This document shows, one piece after another, positions 9,938 to 18,696 of a DNA stretch of 64,000 bases. Position numbers and translations under genes: made by a program. The DNA comes from Methanobacteriota archaeon. GTDB taxonomy: Archaea; Thermoplasmatota; Poseidoniia; Poseidoniales; Thalassarchaeaceae. Where the stretch lies: NCBI GenBank assembly GCA_019654055.1, contig BPDA01000001.1, positions 17,938-81,937 on the forward strand, written 5' to 3'. Every line of letters starts with the position of its first letter. Positions within the stretch are counted from its first letter, which is position 1. The notes beneath the pieces were generated by a model, which ran no database searches, had not been told where the DNA came from, and saw only the letters and a list, made by a program, of their open reading frames with translations.

Positions 9938-10304
9938 AGGCACGACTCGCACGGAGTTCCCGTCCAGTCGAGGGGGGGTCTACATCACCGTCAAGGAGGG
10001 ACAAGCTAGCCATAATGACGAGGCCCGCGGGCTGCAGGAGATGGGTTCACCTCTATGCCACCAGGGGACAGCCCACGTGCTGCGCATGTAGGGGGCTGAG
10101 TAAAGACCTGCTACAGGTTTGCCGAGCGCCGTAGCCCGATGCCCTAGACCTATGGGGCAAGGCAAGATTCACCTCGTCATTAACACACCACGCTCGACCG
10201 GAGGGGCAGTACTAGATGGGAACATGATGCGCAGGCTCGCAGTCGAACTCAACATTCCTTCGTCACCACAATGGCAGGCGCTCACATGGAGGTCGAGGCG
10301 ATAG
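9938..10304 (+). pseudogene. Degenerate remnant of the carB C-terminal MGS-like domain, spread over three frames with in-frame TAG/TAA
   Basis: Frame fragments GGVYITVKEGQ..ARGLQEMG..HQGTAHVL and RPMGQGKIHLVINTPRSTGGAVLDGNMMRRLAVELNIP align to the CarB MGS-like domain (LLSVREGDK..KLLKQGFEL.ATHGTA..L ... [31 protein letters not shown]). They are separated by frame switches and by the stops TAG and TAA near 10088-10105. Confidence 0.5.
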
Positions 10305-10396
10305 ACGAGGCGATGAAGGGAATGCCAGAGCCAAGGCTCCTAGAGATAGGATCACTAGAATGAGAAAAGTGAAATTTACTCCTCAGAGCATATATA

Positions 10397-10404
10397 TTTA
10401 TATA
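10397..10404 (+). promoter_or_regulatory. Archaeal TATA box (tttatata) about 24 nt upstream of the ATG of the island HTH gene; implies a leaderless transcript
   Basis: gcatatatatttatatacccctcaagtgtcccccctATG; the spacing is typical of archaeal BRE/TATA-to-start distance. Confidence 0.35.
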
Positions 10405-10423
10405 CCCCTCAAGTGTCCCCCCT

Positions 10424-10657
10424 ATGACCCCTCAAAGGAGAGCAACTGAGGACGATGTCAAGGCTATCTTCTGTTATCGCGGAGCGGGTTTCTCTCTGGA
10501 TGAGACTGCTGACTATACCGGCCTCACTCGCCACACTGTTTCCTACCAATTGAGGAAGCTCAGGTACTCTGCAGAAGATGGCGGTATTTCTGAGGTTCTA
10601 CGTTCTCTGGAGTTAGTAGATAACTCTGAATTGATCAAAATGGAACTCAACTTCTAG
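10424..10657 (+). CDS. Small helix-turn-helix DNA-binding protein (77 aa)
   Basis: DDVKAIFCYRGAGFSLDETADYTGLTRHTVSYQLRKL has a classic HTH pattern (hydrophobic core, G turn, TxxTVxxxLxKL recognition helix). Confidence 0.5.
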   Translation: MTPQRRATEDDVKAIFCYRGAGFSLDETADYTGLTRHTVSYQLRKLRYSAEDGGISEVLRSLELVDNSELIKMELNF

Positions 10658-11472
10658 AGATTTCCAAACTTCTCATGGAGAATTTGACCTCCAGGATAGT
10701 TAAGCAATCTCGAGGATCCTTACGATGGTGTCGAACCAGATTTCTAGAGGGAGAGTGGGAAGAACCAGCAAAAATCGAATCGATGCCATTAGGTCATTTC
10801 TGTTAGTGAGATGTATGATATTGACGGCACCGAACTCCTGGTTATAGGTTCGATATTGGAAGACTCAAATCCATGATGGGTTTTCTTGAGAATAGGGGGC
10901 ACAGGGTATTTTCCTCATCACCGTTTCCACACACTCCCTTTCCCAGTACACACCGAGGAGTTTTGTGATGAACAGGGCAAGGAGATCATGGCTAGAAAGG
11001 AGAACTCAGGGAAGTTACTTGTTCTGGAGATCACGACCCATACTACAGGGAGGAACTCGCACAGCACGACACACTTGTCACAAATAAACCCTTGATTGCT
11101 ACCCCTCCCCTTTCCCCATTCAGGCCCAGATTTCTGGATTTAGTTGGGAGGGGCCAGAGCCCACTTTCAGCAACCTTCCCGAGTTAGAGAACCCCGTTGT
11201 GAAGGAAGAACCGGATGTCCCAAAACCGTGCTAGGGGAGTAGTCTATGCGATGTTATCTCAAAGGAATCCATCCACCAATCAAAAATTCATTTCAAAGTC
11301 GCTTCGGAAATTCTGGGGCTGAAGTGGGAAGAACAGGTCAAGTGGCCAAGAGGATGGGCCAAGCAACTCAAGCAGAAACTGCAACTCTCAGGTAAGACGT
11401 TCTCTATTCAGTTAAAGCATCTGATGGGGGATGAGATTACGATAAATAATTCAATAGTCAGGAGGATTATTA

Positions 11473-11964
11473 TTGACGATTAACCTCCAAGAATCATCCC
11501 AACAAATTGTCGTATCTATTGATGGGATGAGCGTCGCTTTCTCGCAACTCGCTAGCCAGAAATTCGACTGTGATCGGATTCGAGCATGTGTCCAATATTT
11601 CGAGGAACTTGATGTTGACATCAAAATCGCACTATTTATGCCCGCGTACATCGAGAATGAGGATTTCAGAAAGGAGATGAAATCTCGTAGTAATCTCGAT
11701 CTACATTTGGTAACGGGAATGAGGCCAAAATCTCCTCGAGATGACAAGTATACTCTAGGGGAGACCGTGCTTTCAGACGGTTTCTTCGTGTCAAACGACA
11801 AAAGAATGCATGAACATAGTAAAAATAAACTGGTAGACAGAGCTTGGATCTCAAGCAGGAGGATTGGGTTCCGTTTCGGGAAAGGCCCAGTCTTCATCCC
11901 AGGATTTCCGGAGCAATGGCACAAGGTGTGCGCAGAACTCCGATCTCCAAGGGATGGCAATTAG
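11473..11964 (+). CDS. Zc3h12a/NYN-like (PIN-related) ribonuclease domain protein
   Basis: TTG start 6 nt after GGAGGA. IVVSIDGMSVAF...IALFMPAYIE...LVTGMRPKSPRDDKYTL...DGFFVSNDKRMHE parallels the Regnase-1 NYN motifs (VVIDGSNVAMS / VFVPSW / LVFTPSRR..DD / DGIVVSND), including the candidate catalytic Asp residues. Confidence 0.65.
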   Translation: MTINLQESSQQIVVSIDGMSVAFSQLASQKFDCDRIRACVQYFEELDVDIKIALFMPAYIENEDFRKEMKSRSNLDLHLVTGMRPKSPRDDKYTLGETVLSDGFFVSNDKRMHEHSKNKLVDRAWISSRRIGFRFGKGPVFIPGFPEQWHKVCAELRSPRDGN

Positions 11965-11987
11965 GAGGTGATAGAATAGCCAAGAAA

Positions 11988-12104
11988 ATGAATAGAAGTG
12001 CAGCTGCACGAATTCAGCGTGCTGGAGCTAAGCGAGGCAGCGCTGGAAAGAAAAGCTTCTCCGCCAGAGCGCAGAGAGCGGCAGCGAAGAACTCCAGAAA
12101 GTGA
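11988..12104 (+). CDS. 38-aa Lys/Arg/Ala-rich basic peptide (MNRSAAARIQRAGAKRGSAGKKSFSARAQRAAAKNSRK)
   Basis: Preceded by AGGAGGTGA 16 nt upstream; immediately downstream of the NYN gene stop; resembles KGG-repeat-type small basic stress peptides. Below the ORF-track length cut-off. Confidence 0.35.
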   Translation: MNRSAAARIQRAGAKRGSAGKKSFSARAQRAAAKNSRK

Positions 12105-12137
12105 GTACGTGGCGCCCTAGGTATGGCGTAAAACTGC

Positions 12138-13698
12138 CTAAATTAGGGTTTCAAAATCAGGCCTTTCCATCTCTGCCATGATGGACGCCACGCGTGGCCC
12201 GTGGCTCTTTCCAAGGATGATCCAATACAGTGCGACATAGGCTTCACCCCCGTAAATTTCCCGGGCTTCGGTTGCAACCAATCTGATACAATCACCAATT
12301 GCCTTGGCAGTCCACTCACAGTCACTGATGGCACTGCTCAATGAAGAAAGAAACGCATTTTGCTCATCGGTCAGGTTGGTGCGTACTTCTTCACTAACAC
12401 TCGATTGCACCTCAACCTTGGCCGCATCCGGGAAGTGCGGGCCATCGACCCAGTTCCGCATCCTGCGCAACCTACCAGCAAGAGGTGCCCCGGGATCCCC
12501 CTCTAGGTGCCCCGACCTGCGCAGGGAGCCCACACGTCATCATCGCTCGACTTAATCTGCGCGAGCTTTGGCGAGATGCCGGAAGGAAACCCGCAATAAA
12601 ATTCAGAGGGTTTTGACCCCCCTTGACCTGACTGAGCCGAGTGCCCCAATTGGGTGTCCCGACCCACCTGCGGGCGCCGAAAACCCCTTCTTCCGACCCC
12701 CGGGGAGGCCCCGCCCCAAACCGCTCGTACTCGTCAGCGGTCGTGAACAGGGCGGGCCCCCGTATCGAAGTCGATGTGGCGCCCCACCTTGCTCCTGCGA
12801 TGACGTAACGCATAATCTCAGGGGGAACTAGGGCTAGGGCGTCCATAGGCCCCACAGTCAACCCCTTCGAGCTCGACATCGGCCCCATTCCCTTAGCTGG
12901 ATCCACTCGTAGACCATCTTGTGAGGCGGCTCGCTGCCCAGCATCTCGCAGTTTGGTATCCCGGTGTCGTAGCTGCCCCCGGCGGCACCGTGGCCCTTTT
13001 CCCCCGGGCTCGCAGGTGATGCCGTGGATGCCCCACTTGGCGGCCCAGTCGATTCTCCAGGGAATTTTCCCTGGCAGTCCTGATGCCCAAATTCCCTCGA
13101 GCCTTGCTGTCGACCCAGTGCACGTGCGGATGCTCGTATCCGGTTACGCTGACCCCGTCGATCTGCCGTCGGAGCCGAGGGGGTTGTACGGAAACCAGTC
13201 TTCGGGCCCCTTCCCTCCGGAGACCTCCTCGATGACTCGACGAATTTCGTCCCTCTGCTCAATCGCCGAGTGGGTCTTATCGGCGAAGGCACCGCTCTCG
13301 TAGGTCTCGTGGTTCATCACGACCTCTGGCTCGACCCCTATCTGCTTGAGCGCTGCTAGAAAGGGAGCGAGGAAGTGGTCAGCGTAGCTTCCGCCATCCT
13401 GACCCGGCTCCCCGTCCGGCCCTGGTGCCGGGATGTATGCCAGTGGGTGGCCGATGTACTGCTCGTAGGAGGGCGAGAGGAAGTCGTAGACCCTGCGCAG
13501 GGGGTCCATCGAGTCGACGATGAAGATGTAGCGCGAACCCCTTCCCGCGTCTAGGCAGGCGCGGTGAATCATCTCGGCAGTCAGTATCTCGCGCAGGTGG
13601 CCGACGTGGAACTCGCCAGAGGGAGTTATTCCCGAGGCGATGACCTGTGATTCGCCACGCACCCTCAGAGTCTGCGCGGTGTGGTCCGCCCAGTGCAT
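12138..13698 (-). pseudogene. lysK: Class I lysyl-tRNA synthetase, fragmented by an in-frame TAA and at least five frameshifts
   Basis: Intact N-terminal 184 aa with HIGH motif (SGITPSGEFHVGHLREILTAEMIHRA). Later conserved blocks GKIPWRIDWAAKWGIHGITCEPGGKG, HGAAGGSYDTG...EPPHKMVYEWIQL, KGMGPMSSSKGLTVGPMDALALVPPEIMRYVIA and the C-terminal EIYGGEAYVALYWIILGKSHGPRVASIMA lie in alternating frames. TAA sits right after DWFPYNPLGSDGRSTGSA. Confidence 0.75.
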
Positions 13699-13707
13699 TC
13701 TACTCCC

Positions 13708-14290
13708 TCAGACTGAAACTACTCTGACCAGTCCACGGAGGGGCACGCCCTCGAGCTCGTTGTTGTTCGACTTGTTGGCGAGCACCATACAGAGTTTGAC
13801 GTCAGCTCCCGCTGACCTGAGGTTCCTGATGGTCTTGCTCATAGTGGTTCCAGAGGACAATACGTCGTCGACCACGACCACGCTCTTGCCGGCCACGCCA
13901 GCGAAGACCTCGGAGAGGTGGCCGCCCTCTCCTCGCTAATGCTCCTGCTGATTGATAGATCGAGGTCCATCTGCCCCGCTATGGCCTGAGCGAAGGCGAT
14001 TCCGTTGAGGCTGATGCCCACTATCGCATCCACCTCATCACCAATCTCCTCCTCGATGATGTCACGAAGATGTAGGAGGCGGCCTCTATCCTTCCGGCCT
14101 TGACCGCGATTGATCTCCAGCCTACCTGGATGTCCGAGGGGCGGTCCTCGGTGGCGACCCCGCTCGAGGACAGCCACTGGATGGTAGTCTGGGACAGCGA
14201 GAGCTCGTCGGCTATCTGCTGGGTGTTCAGACCCTTGTTGCGAAAAGTCTCGACCTTGCCTCGCAACTCCTCTATACTGAGTGGCATCAA
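13708..14290 (-). CDS. GfcR/PyrE-like regulator (N-terminal HTH + phosphoribosyltransferase domain), split over three frames
   Basis: HTH piece (LNTQQIADELSLSQTTIQWLSS, ORF 14021..14290). PRT N-part (VDAIVGISLNGIAFAQAIAGQMDLDLSISRS, frame of ORF 13839..14300). PRT binding motif (KSVVVVDDVLSSGTTMSKTIRNLRSAGADV, ORF 13708..13896). Confidence 0.6.
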
Positions 14291-14359
14291 ACCGCCCCAC
14301 CGCTGGCTATCTATGAACTCACCGGGGATGGAATGTGGGTAAAACCCGTCTTTGGGGCG

Positions 14360-14808
14360 CTAGAAGCGCCCGGTGCTGCCAAAACCGCCCTCTCCACGCT
14401 CGGTCTCCCCTAGCTCCTCGAAGTCGACTTCGCGGAAACTGAGGTCGGGTATCGGCGAGATCAGCATCTGGGCTATCCTCTCGCCGGCCTTGACCGTGTA
14501 CGAGTCCCCCTCACCTATCCAGGTCATCAGCACGAACAGCTCACCTCGATAGTCCGCGTCGATGGTGCCGATGCTGTGCGGCAGGATGAGGCCCTTGGAG
14601 CCCAGCGAAGAGCGCGCCCTCACCTGTCCCTCGTAGCCCACAGGGATTGCCACATGGAGCCCCGTACGCAGCTTGACACTCTGGCGGAACGGCACTGACG
14701 TGTCCTCGAGCGCGTACAGGTCCCAGCCCGCGGCGTGCTCGCTTCCCCTAGTCGGCACCTCGCATCGGGGTGGGTCCGTGCCACCATGACCTCGAGCCCC
14801 CCGTCCAT
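14360..14808 (-). CDS. dut: dUTP diphosphatase, with an apparent 1-nt deletion near 14765
   Basis: RGSEHAAGWDLYALEDTSVPFRQSVKLRTGLHVAIPVGYEGQVRARSSLGSKGLILPHSIGTIDADYRGELFVLM...GERIAQML...GFGSTG are dUTPase motifs I-V. The N-terminus MDGGLEVMVARTHPDAR lies in another frame; the switch is inside ccccgatgcgaggtgccgactagg. Confidence 0.75.
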
Positions 14809-14898
14809 GGGTCCCGTTCTCCGCCCCGGTCTTTGACCGTTCGCAAGCCGCTGATGACGCCCGGTGGGGTGAAAAGGGGGCCATGATTCGGCAGGCCG

Positions 14899-15426
14899 AT
14901 GGCCGACTACGAGTACGATGCCCTGCTCGACCGTGCGCGCGAGCGCATACCCAAGGACATCAGCGAACGCTCGCGCTGGACCATGCCCGAGCCGGACATC
15001 CTCATCGAGGGTAGCCAGACCATCCTGAGGAACTTCGCCGACGTGGTCAATGCGATGGACCGCGACGCCAACCACGTCTACCAGTTCCTGCTCAACGAGC
15101 TAGGTACCTCAGGCACCCGTGAGCAGGTCCGTGTGATGTTCAAGGGACGCGTTCCCCCTGCCAGGATTAAGGAGAAACTAGTCGCCTACGTCAAGGCATT
15201 CATTCTGTGCGACCAGTGCCGCGCACCCGACACCCGCTTCATCAAGGAGGGCAGGACCAGCCTGCTGAAGTGCCAGGCCTGCGGAGCAACCCTAGGCCAG
15301 TCAGGCTCTGAGTCTGCGGACTGCTTTGGCCCCATTGCCGAATGCCGGAGGAATCGACCTCTCGGAAGACATCGAGTTCGTTGCAATGGCGACGTCCTCG
15401 CGATGATGGTTCCCGGTGGGATGTAG
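14899..15426 (+). CDS. Translation initiation factor 2 beta subunit (aIF2-beta); ORF about 30 aa longer than usual at the C-terminus
   Basis: YEYDALLDRARERIPKD...MPEPDILIEGSQTILRNFADV...HVYQFLLNELGTSGTREQVRVMFKGRV...VKAFILCDQCRAPDTRFIKEGRTSLLKCQACGA carries the eIF2-beta C4 zinc ribbon. Confidence 0.8.
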   Translation: MADYEYDALLDRARERIPKDISERSRWTMPEPDILIEGSQTILRNFADVVNAMDRDANHVYQFLLNELGTSGTREQVRVMFKGRVPPARIKEKLVAYVKAFILCDQCRAPDTRFIKEGRTSLLKCQACGATLGQSGSESADCFGPIAECRRNRPLGRHRVRCNGDVLAMMVPGGM

Positions 15427-16445
15427 TCAGGAGAAGTCGAGCAGGATCTTCCCGCGATTCTTGCGGTCGTGCATGTGCCTCTGGGCCTCGGCGACCTCTC
15501 GAAGCGCCATACTGAGTCGATGACCGGGTCTACCTGGCCTTTGAGGAGCATGCCCGAGAGGGCTTCGAGATGCCCCTTGAACACAGACTCGTCATCCAGC
15601 AGCCCCATGTGGACCCCGAAGACTGCCTTGTTCGAACGCATCATCTTCAACGGGTCGAACTTGGGCGTCGATGCCCACATCCTGAGGGCCGTCACCATGG
15701 AGCGCCTGTCTCCCTTGACGGCTGCTGAGGCTCCGAAGCAGTAGAGCCTGCCACCGCGTCGGAGTGCCTTGTAGGAGCGCATCAAGTGGTTGCCTCCGAC
15801 AGGATCTATGGCGTGGTGAACTCCCTTTCCACCAGTCATTGACTTGCATACCGTGACGAAGTCCTCGGACTTGCTGTCGACGAAGTGCATCCCTAGCGAC
15901 TCGACGAATTCTCTCTTTGGGGTCGATGCGGTGCCAATGACTGTGGAGGCTCCGTACGCTTTGCAGATCTGGGCAACGGCAGTACCCACGCCTCCGGCAG
16001 CGTGGTGGACGAGTACGGTCTCCCCTTCTGACAGGTTGCCCAGATGCACAAGCATGTGGTAGGCAGTACCGTAGGTCACCGGGATGGCTGCAGCTTGGTC
16101 GAACGAGATTGAGTCTGGTATCCGAATCACCCGCCCGGCGTCTAGGGCAATCTGCTCGGAGTAGCCTCCGAAACCGGTCATCGCCAGCACCCTGTCCCCC
16201 GAATCCAGGCCCTCGACATCGTTTCCGACCTCGATTACCTCACCGGGCCCTGCTTCGTAACCGGGTGTGAAGGGGTAGTCAGGGTTCGATCCGTACAGTC
16301 CCTGGCGCATCATCAGGTCTGCGAAGTTGATTCCAGCTCGGTGTATGCGAACGGTGACCTGACCGGGCCCGGGCACCGGGTCATCGACCTCGACTATGCG
16401 TATCGAGTCGACCCCGCCGACCTTAGGGTACACCACCTTGCGCAA
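15427..16445 (-). CDS. Zinc-type alcohol dehydrogenase / quinone oxidoreductase (MDR family), frameshift near 15500
   Basis: MRKVVYPKVGGVDSIRIVEVDDPVPGPGQVTVRIHRAGINFADLMMRQGLY...VLVHHAAGGVGTAVAQICKAYGA...; after ...DPVIDSVW the conserved C-terminus FERVAEAQRHMHDRKNRGKILLDFS* appears in the +1 frame, ending at TGA 15427. Confidence 0.7.
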
Positions 16446-16760
16446 TCAATCACCCATCAGGTACTCGCTGGCGACATCCCCGCCCGCAAGGTGCTGCAGT
16501 ATCCGCCCCATCCCCTCGTCGTCTTCTGGCAGGGTGTACCATGTCCCCTCGGGGTAGACTACGCATGACGGCCCGCTCTCGCAGTTGTCAAGGCAGCCCG
16601 CCTTGTTGACGCGCACGTCCTTCAGCCCCTCGGCTTTCGCGGCTCGCTTCAGGCGAGTAAGGATCTCGAGTGAGTTCTTGGCAGCGCAGCACCCGCGCGG
16701 ACTCTCTGGGGACCTCTCGTTAGTACATACGAAAACGTGCATCCTGAACTGGTGCGTCAT
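16446..16760 (-). CDS. Thioredoxin-like [2Fe-2S] ferredoxin
   Basis: HVFVCTNERSPESPRGCCAAKNS...VNKAGCLDNCESGPSCVVYPEGTWY shows the four-Cys pattern of the Fdx_thiored / NuoE-like family. Confidence 0.65.
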   Translation of the reverse strand: MTHQFRMHVFVCTNERSPESPRGCCAAKNSLEILTRLKRAAKAEGLKDVRVNKAGCLDNCESGPSCVVYPEGTWYTLPEDDEGMGRILQHLAGGDVASEYLMGD

Positions 16761-16768
16761 CCCCTCAC

Positions 16769-17095
16769 CTATATCTCATCGAACTTGGCTGCGAGTACGA
16801 AGTCAGACTCGGTAAGACCGTCAATCTTGTGTGTCCAGATCTTCGCCATCACTCGGCCCCAGCCCAGCTCGAAGTCGGCATGGTGGCCCTGCTCCTCGCA
16901 GATGGCAGCGGCAGAGTTGGTGAACTCTAGGGCCGAGACGAAGTCTGGGAACGACCACACCCTCTCGAGGTGGTGACCGTCCACGACGTTCCACTCTTCG
17001 TGCACCTGAGGAATCAGGGTGGCGCACTCGCCCTCGCTCAAGGGAGGCACTCCTCCTTCGCAGGGCACGCATGTCCTCGATGATAGGTCGGCCAT
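16769..17095 (-). CDS. Pterin-4a-carbinolamine dehydratase (PCD/DCoH)
   Basis: CVPCEGGVPPLSEGECATL...WSFPDFVSALEFTNSAAAICEEQGHHADFELGWGRVMAKIWTHKIDGLTESDFVLAAKFD matches the PCD fold signature (E..HHP.....W..V.....TH..GL..D..LA). Confidence 0.7.
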   Translation of the reverse strand: MADLSSRTCVPCEGGVPPLSEGECATLIPQVHEEWNVVDGHHLERVWSFPDFVSALEFTNSAAAICEEQGHHADFELGWGRVMAKIWTHKIDGLTESDFVLAAKFDEI

Positions 17096-17098
17096 GGC

Positions 17099-17557
17099 TC
17101 AGCCCCACAGGTGGCTGTCGTCACTGCCGTCGGCACTGCGCTCGGCTTCCTCGTGCATGCTGGAGCGTCGACGCATGTCCTCCTTCTCGAAGGTCATGAG
17201 CTCCCTATCCTCGATGTAGGGGTGACGCAGGTGAGTGACCAGACGGACCTCGACAATCACATCCCTAGCGATGGAGCGGAACTCGCCGTTCTCGTCGAGC
17301 ACCTCCACCGCGCTCCTCGAGGTCCCAATCAGCATCCCCCTTACCCAGGGGTCAGTATCCGAGGGAAGCGCCCTAGCATCGAGCAACACCTCGATGATGT
17401 CGTCCTTCCTGAGCCCTGACTTGCGCTCCAGTAGGGGCCCGTGGAAAACATCGTTCAGGTCATTCAGGTCAGGCGAGCCGTACTCCTCGTATATCCTCCT
17501 AGCCCAGCCGGGCAGGTCATCGATTCTCTTGCCTCTACGCTTCGCAGTCATGGCCAT
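17099..17557 (-). CDS. Hypothetical protein (about 150 aa, basic N-terminus MAMTAKRRGKRIDDLPGW...)
   Basis: ORF 17099..17671, probable internal start. Divergent from the Nog1-like GTPase gene. No family recognised. Confidence 0.4.
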   Translation of the reverse strand: MAMTAKRRGKRIDDLPGWARRIYEEYGSPDLNDLNDVFHGPLLERKSGLRKDDIIEVLLDARALPSDTDPWVRGMLIGTSRSAVEVLDENGEFRSIARDVIVEVRLVTHLRHPYIEDRELMTFEKEDMRRRSSMHEEAERSADGSDDSHLWG

Positions 17558-17664
17558 GCGTGAGAGTGGTGATAGAAAAGGAGTCGGATGCCCCAAATCG
17601 GGCCTATGGCCCGAACTGGTGGCTTGAAGTGGGATGGTAGGGGCGCAAGGTCGGAGGGGAGCCC

Positions 17665-18696
17665 ATGGCATCGGTGGACTGGCGTCATATACCCACGGTT
17701 CTGTATCCGCAGGAGATCCTCGATAAGGCGTTCAGAAGGGCCAGCAAGCAGTCCGATCTCGTCGAGGACCCTGACAAGTACCACAGGGTGCGCAAGCAGA
17801 TGAACAGGATGGTGCAGGCAGCAGCCGATGTCATCGACACCACGCTGCTGAAGTGGGTCGCTAGGTGGCCGAGCCTGAACGCGCTTTCCGAGTTCGACCA
17901 AGCCTTGGTCGATGCGGCCGTTGGAAACGACGAGTACCGCAAGACCCTCGGTACGATCCAGTGGGGAGCAGAGCAGGTCCGCAAGATAGCGGGGGAGACT
18001 CAGAGGAAGATACTCCGGTTGCGCAGAATCGAGGGGTTCCACGATGCACGTCGCCATGCCTACGGCAGGTTCTCCTCTATACTGGACCAGATCTCGCCGC
18101 AGATACTGTGGCTCGGAGAGGCCCGTGATGTACTTCGCGAGCTACCTTCGCTCGACCCGGCCGAGCCCTGCATCGTAGTGGCAGGGGCTCCCAATGTGGG
18201 CAAGTCGGCTCTGATTACCGCGCTCTCGAGCGGAGAGCCCGAGGTCGCGTCATACCCGTTCACCACCAAACAACTCCACCTAGGGCACTTCGTGCATCGC
18301 AGGAGGCCCTATCAGATGGTAGACACACCGGGACTACTCGATAGGCCAATGTCGGAGCGCAACCGTATCGAGATGCAGGCAATCGCCGCCCTAGAGCACA
18401 TCGGTGACGCGCTGCTGTTCCTAGTTGATGCGACGGAGGGAAGCACATCTCCGCTAGACGAGCAGGAGCATCTGCTATCCGAGGTCAAGCAGCTGATGTC
18501 GGAGCGTCCGATGATAGTCATTCACAGCAAGAGCGACATCCTCGAAAGTCCTCCCGAAGGGGCGGAGACGTTAATCAGTGCACAGACAGGACATGGTCTG
18601 GAGGACCTCCGCGCGAGACTCATTGAGACGATTGCGGCTGACGTGGTGGTCGACCCTCTAAGCTTGCCTGAGAACTGGCACAGGAACGAGGAGTAG
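17665..18696 (+). CDS. NOG1-family GTP-binding protein (archaeal Nog1/Obg-like GTPase)
   Basis: N-terminal NOG1 region ILDKAFRRASKQ...; G1 GAPNVGKSALITALS; G2/G3 YPFTTKQLHLGH / DTPGLLDRP; G4 HSKSD. Confidence 0.75.
   Translation: MASVDWRHIPTVLYPQEILDKAFRRASKQSDLVEDPDKYHRVRKQMNRMVQAAADVIDTTLLKWVARWPSLNALSEFDQALVDAAVGNDEYRKTLGTIQWGAEQVRKIAGETQRKILRLRRIEGFHDARRHAYGRFSSILDQISPQILWLGEARDVLRELPSLDPAEPCIVVAGAPNVGKSALITALSSGEPEVASYPFTTKQLHLGHFVHRRRPYQMVDTPGLLDRPMSERNRIEMQAIAALEHIGDALLFLVDATEGSTSPLDEQEHLLSEVKQLMSERPMIVIHSKSDILESPPEGAETLISAQTGHGLEDLRARLIETIAADVVVDPLSLPENWHRNEE

Larger units (their letters stand above)
10320..12137. other. Low-GC (~45% versus ~62% flanks) putative foreign island between the convergent carB and lysK 3' ends
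   Basis: Abrupt compositional change; A/T-rich codons; bacterial-type Shine-Dalgarno boxes before two genes; gene content (HTH, NYN RNase, small basic peptide) unrelated to the flanks. No integrase, transposase or direct repeats were found. Confidence 0.5.

Noticed and set aside
9938-10304. Alternative genetic code (TAG/TAA read-through) to explain in-frame stops in the carB tail and lysK
   Set aside because: TGA, TAA and TAG all terminate well-conserved genes at the expected positions elsewhere in the window. The stops co-occur with frame switches, so decay or error is the simpler explanation.
10886-11095. 69-aa ORF and other small ORFs in the 10.66-11.47 kb gap of the island
   Set aside because: No start context, no homology, low-complexity products. 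The region may be non-coding or carry an RNA, but nothing supportable was seen.
11451-11960. 169-aa minus-strand ORF inside the island
   Set aside because: Exactly antisense to the NYN RNase gene, which has clear homology and an SD-led start. No homology and odd composition.
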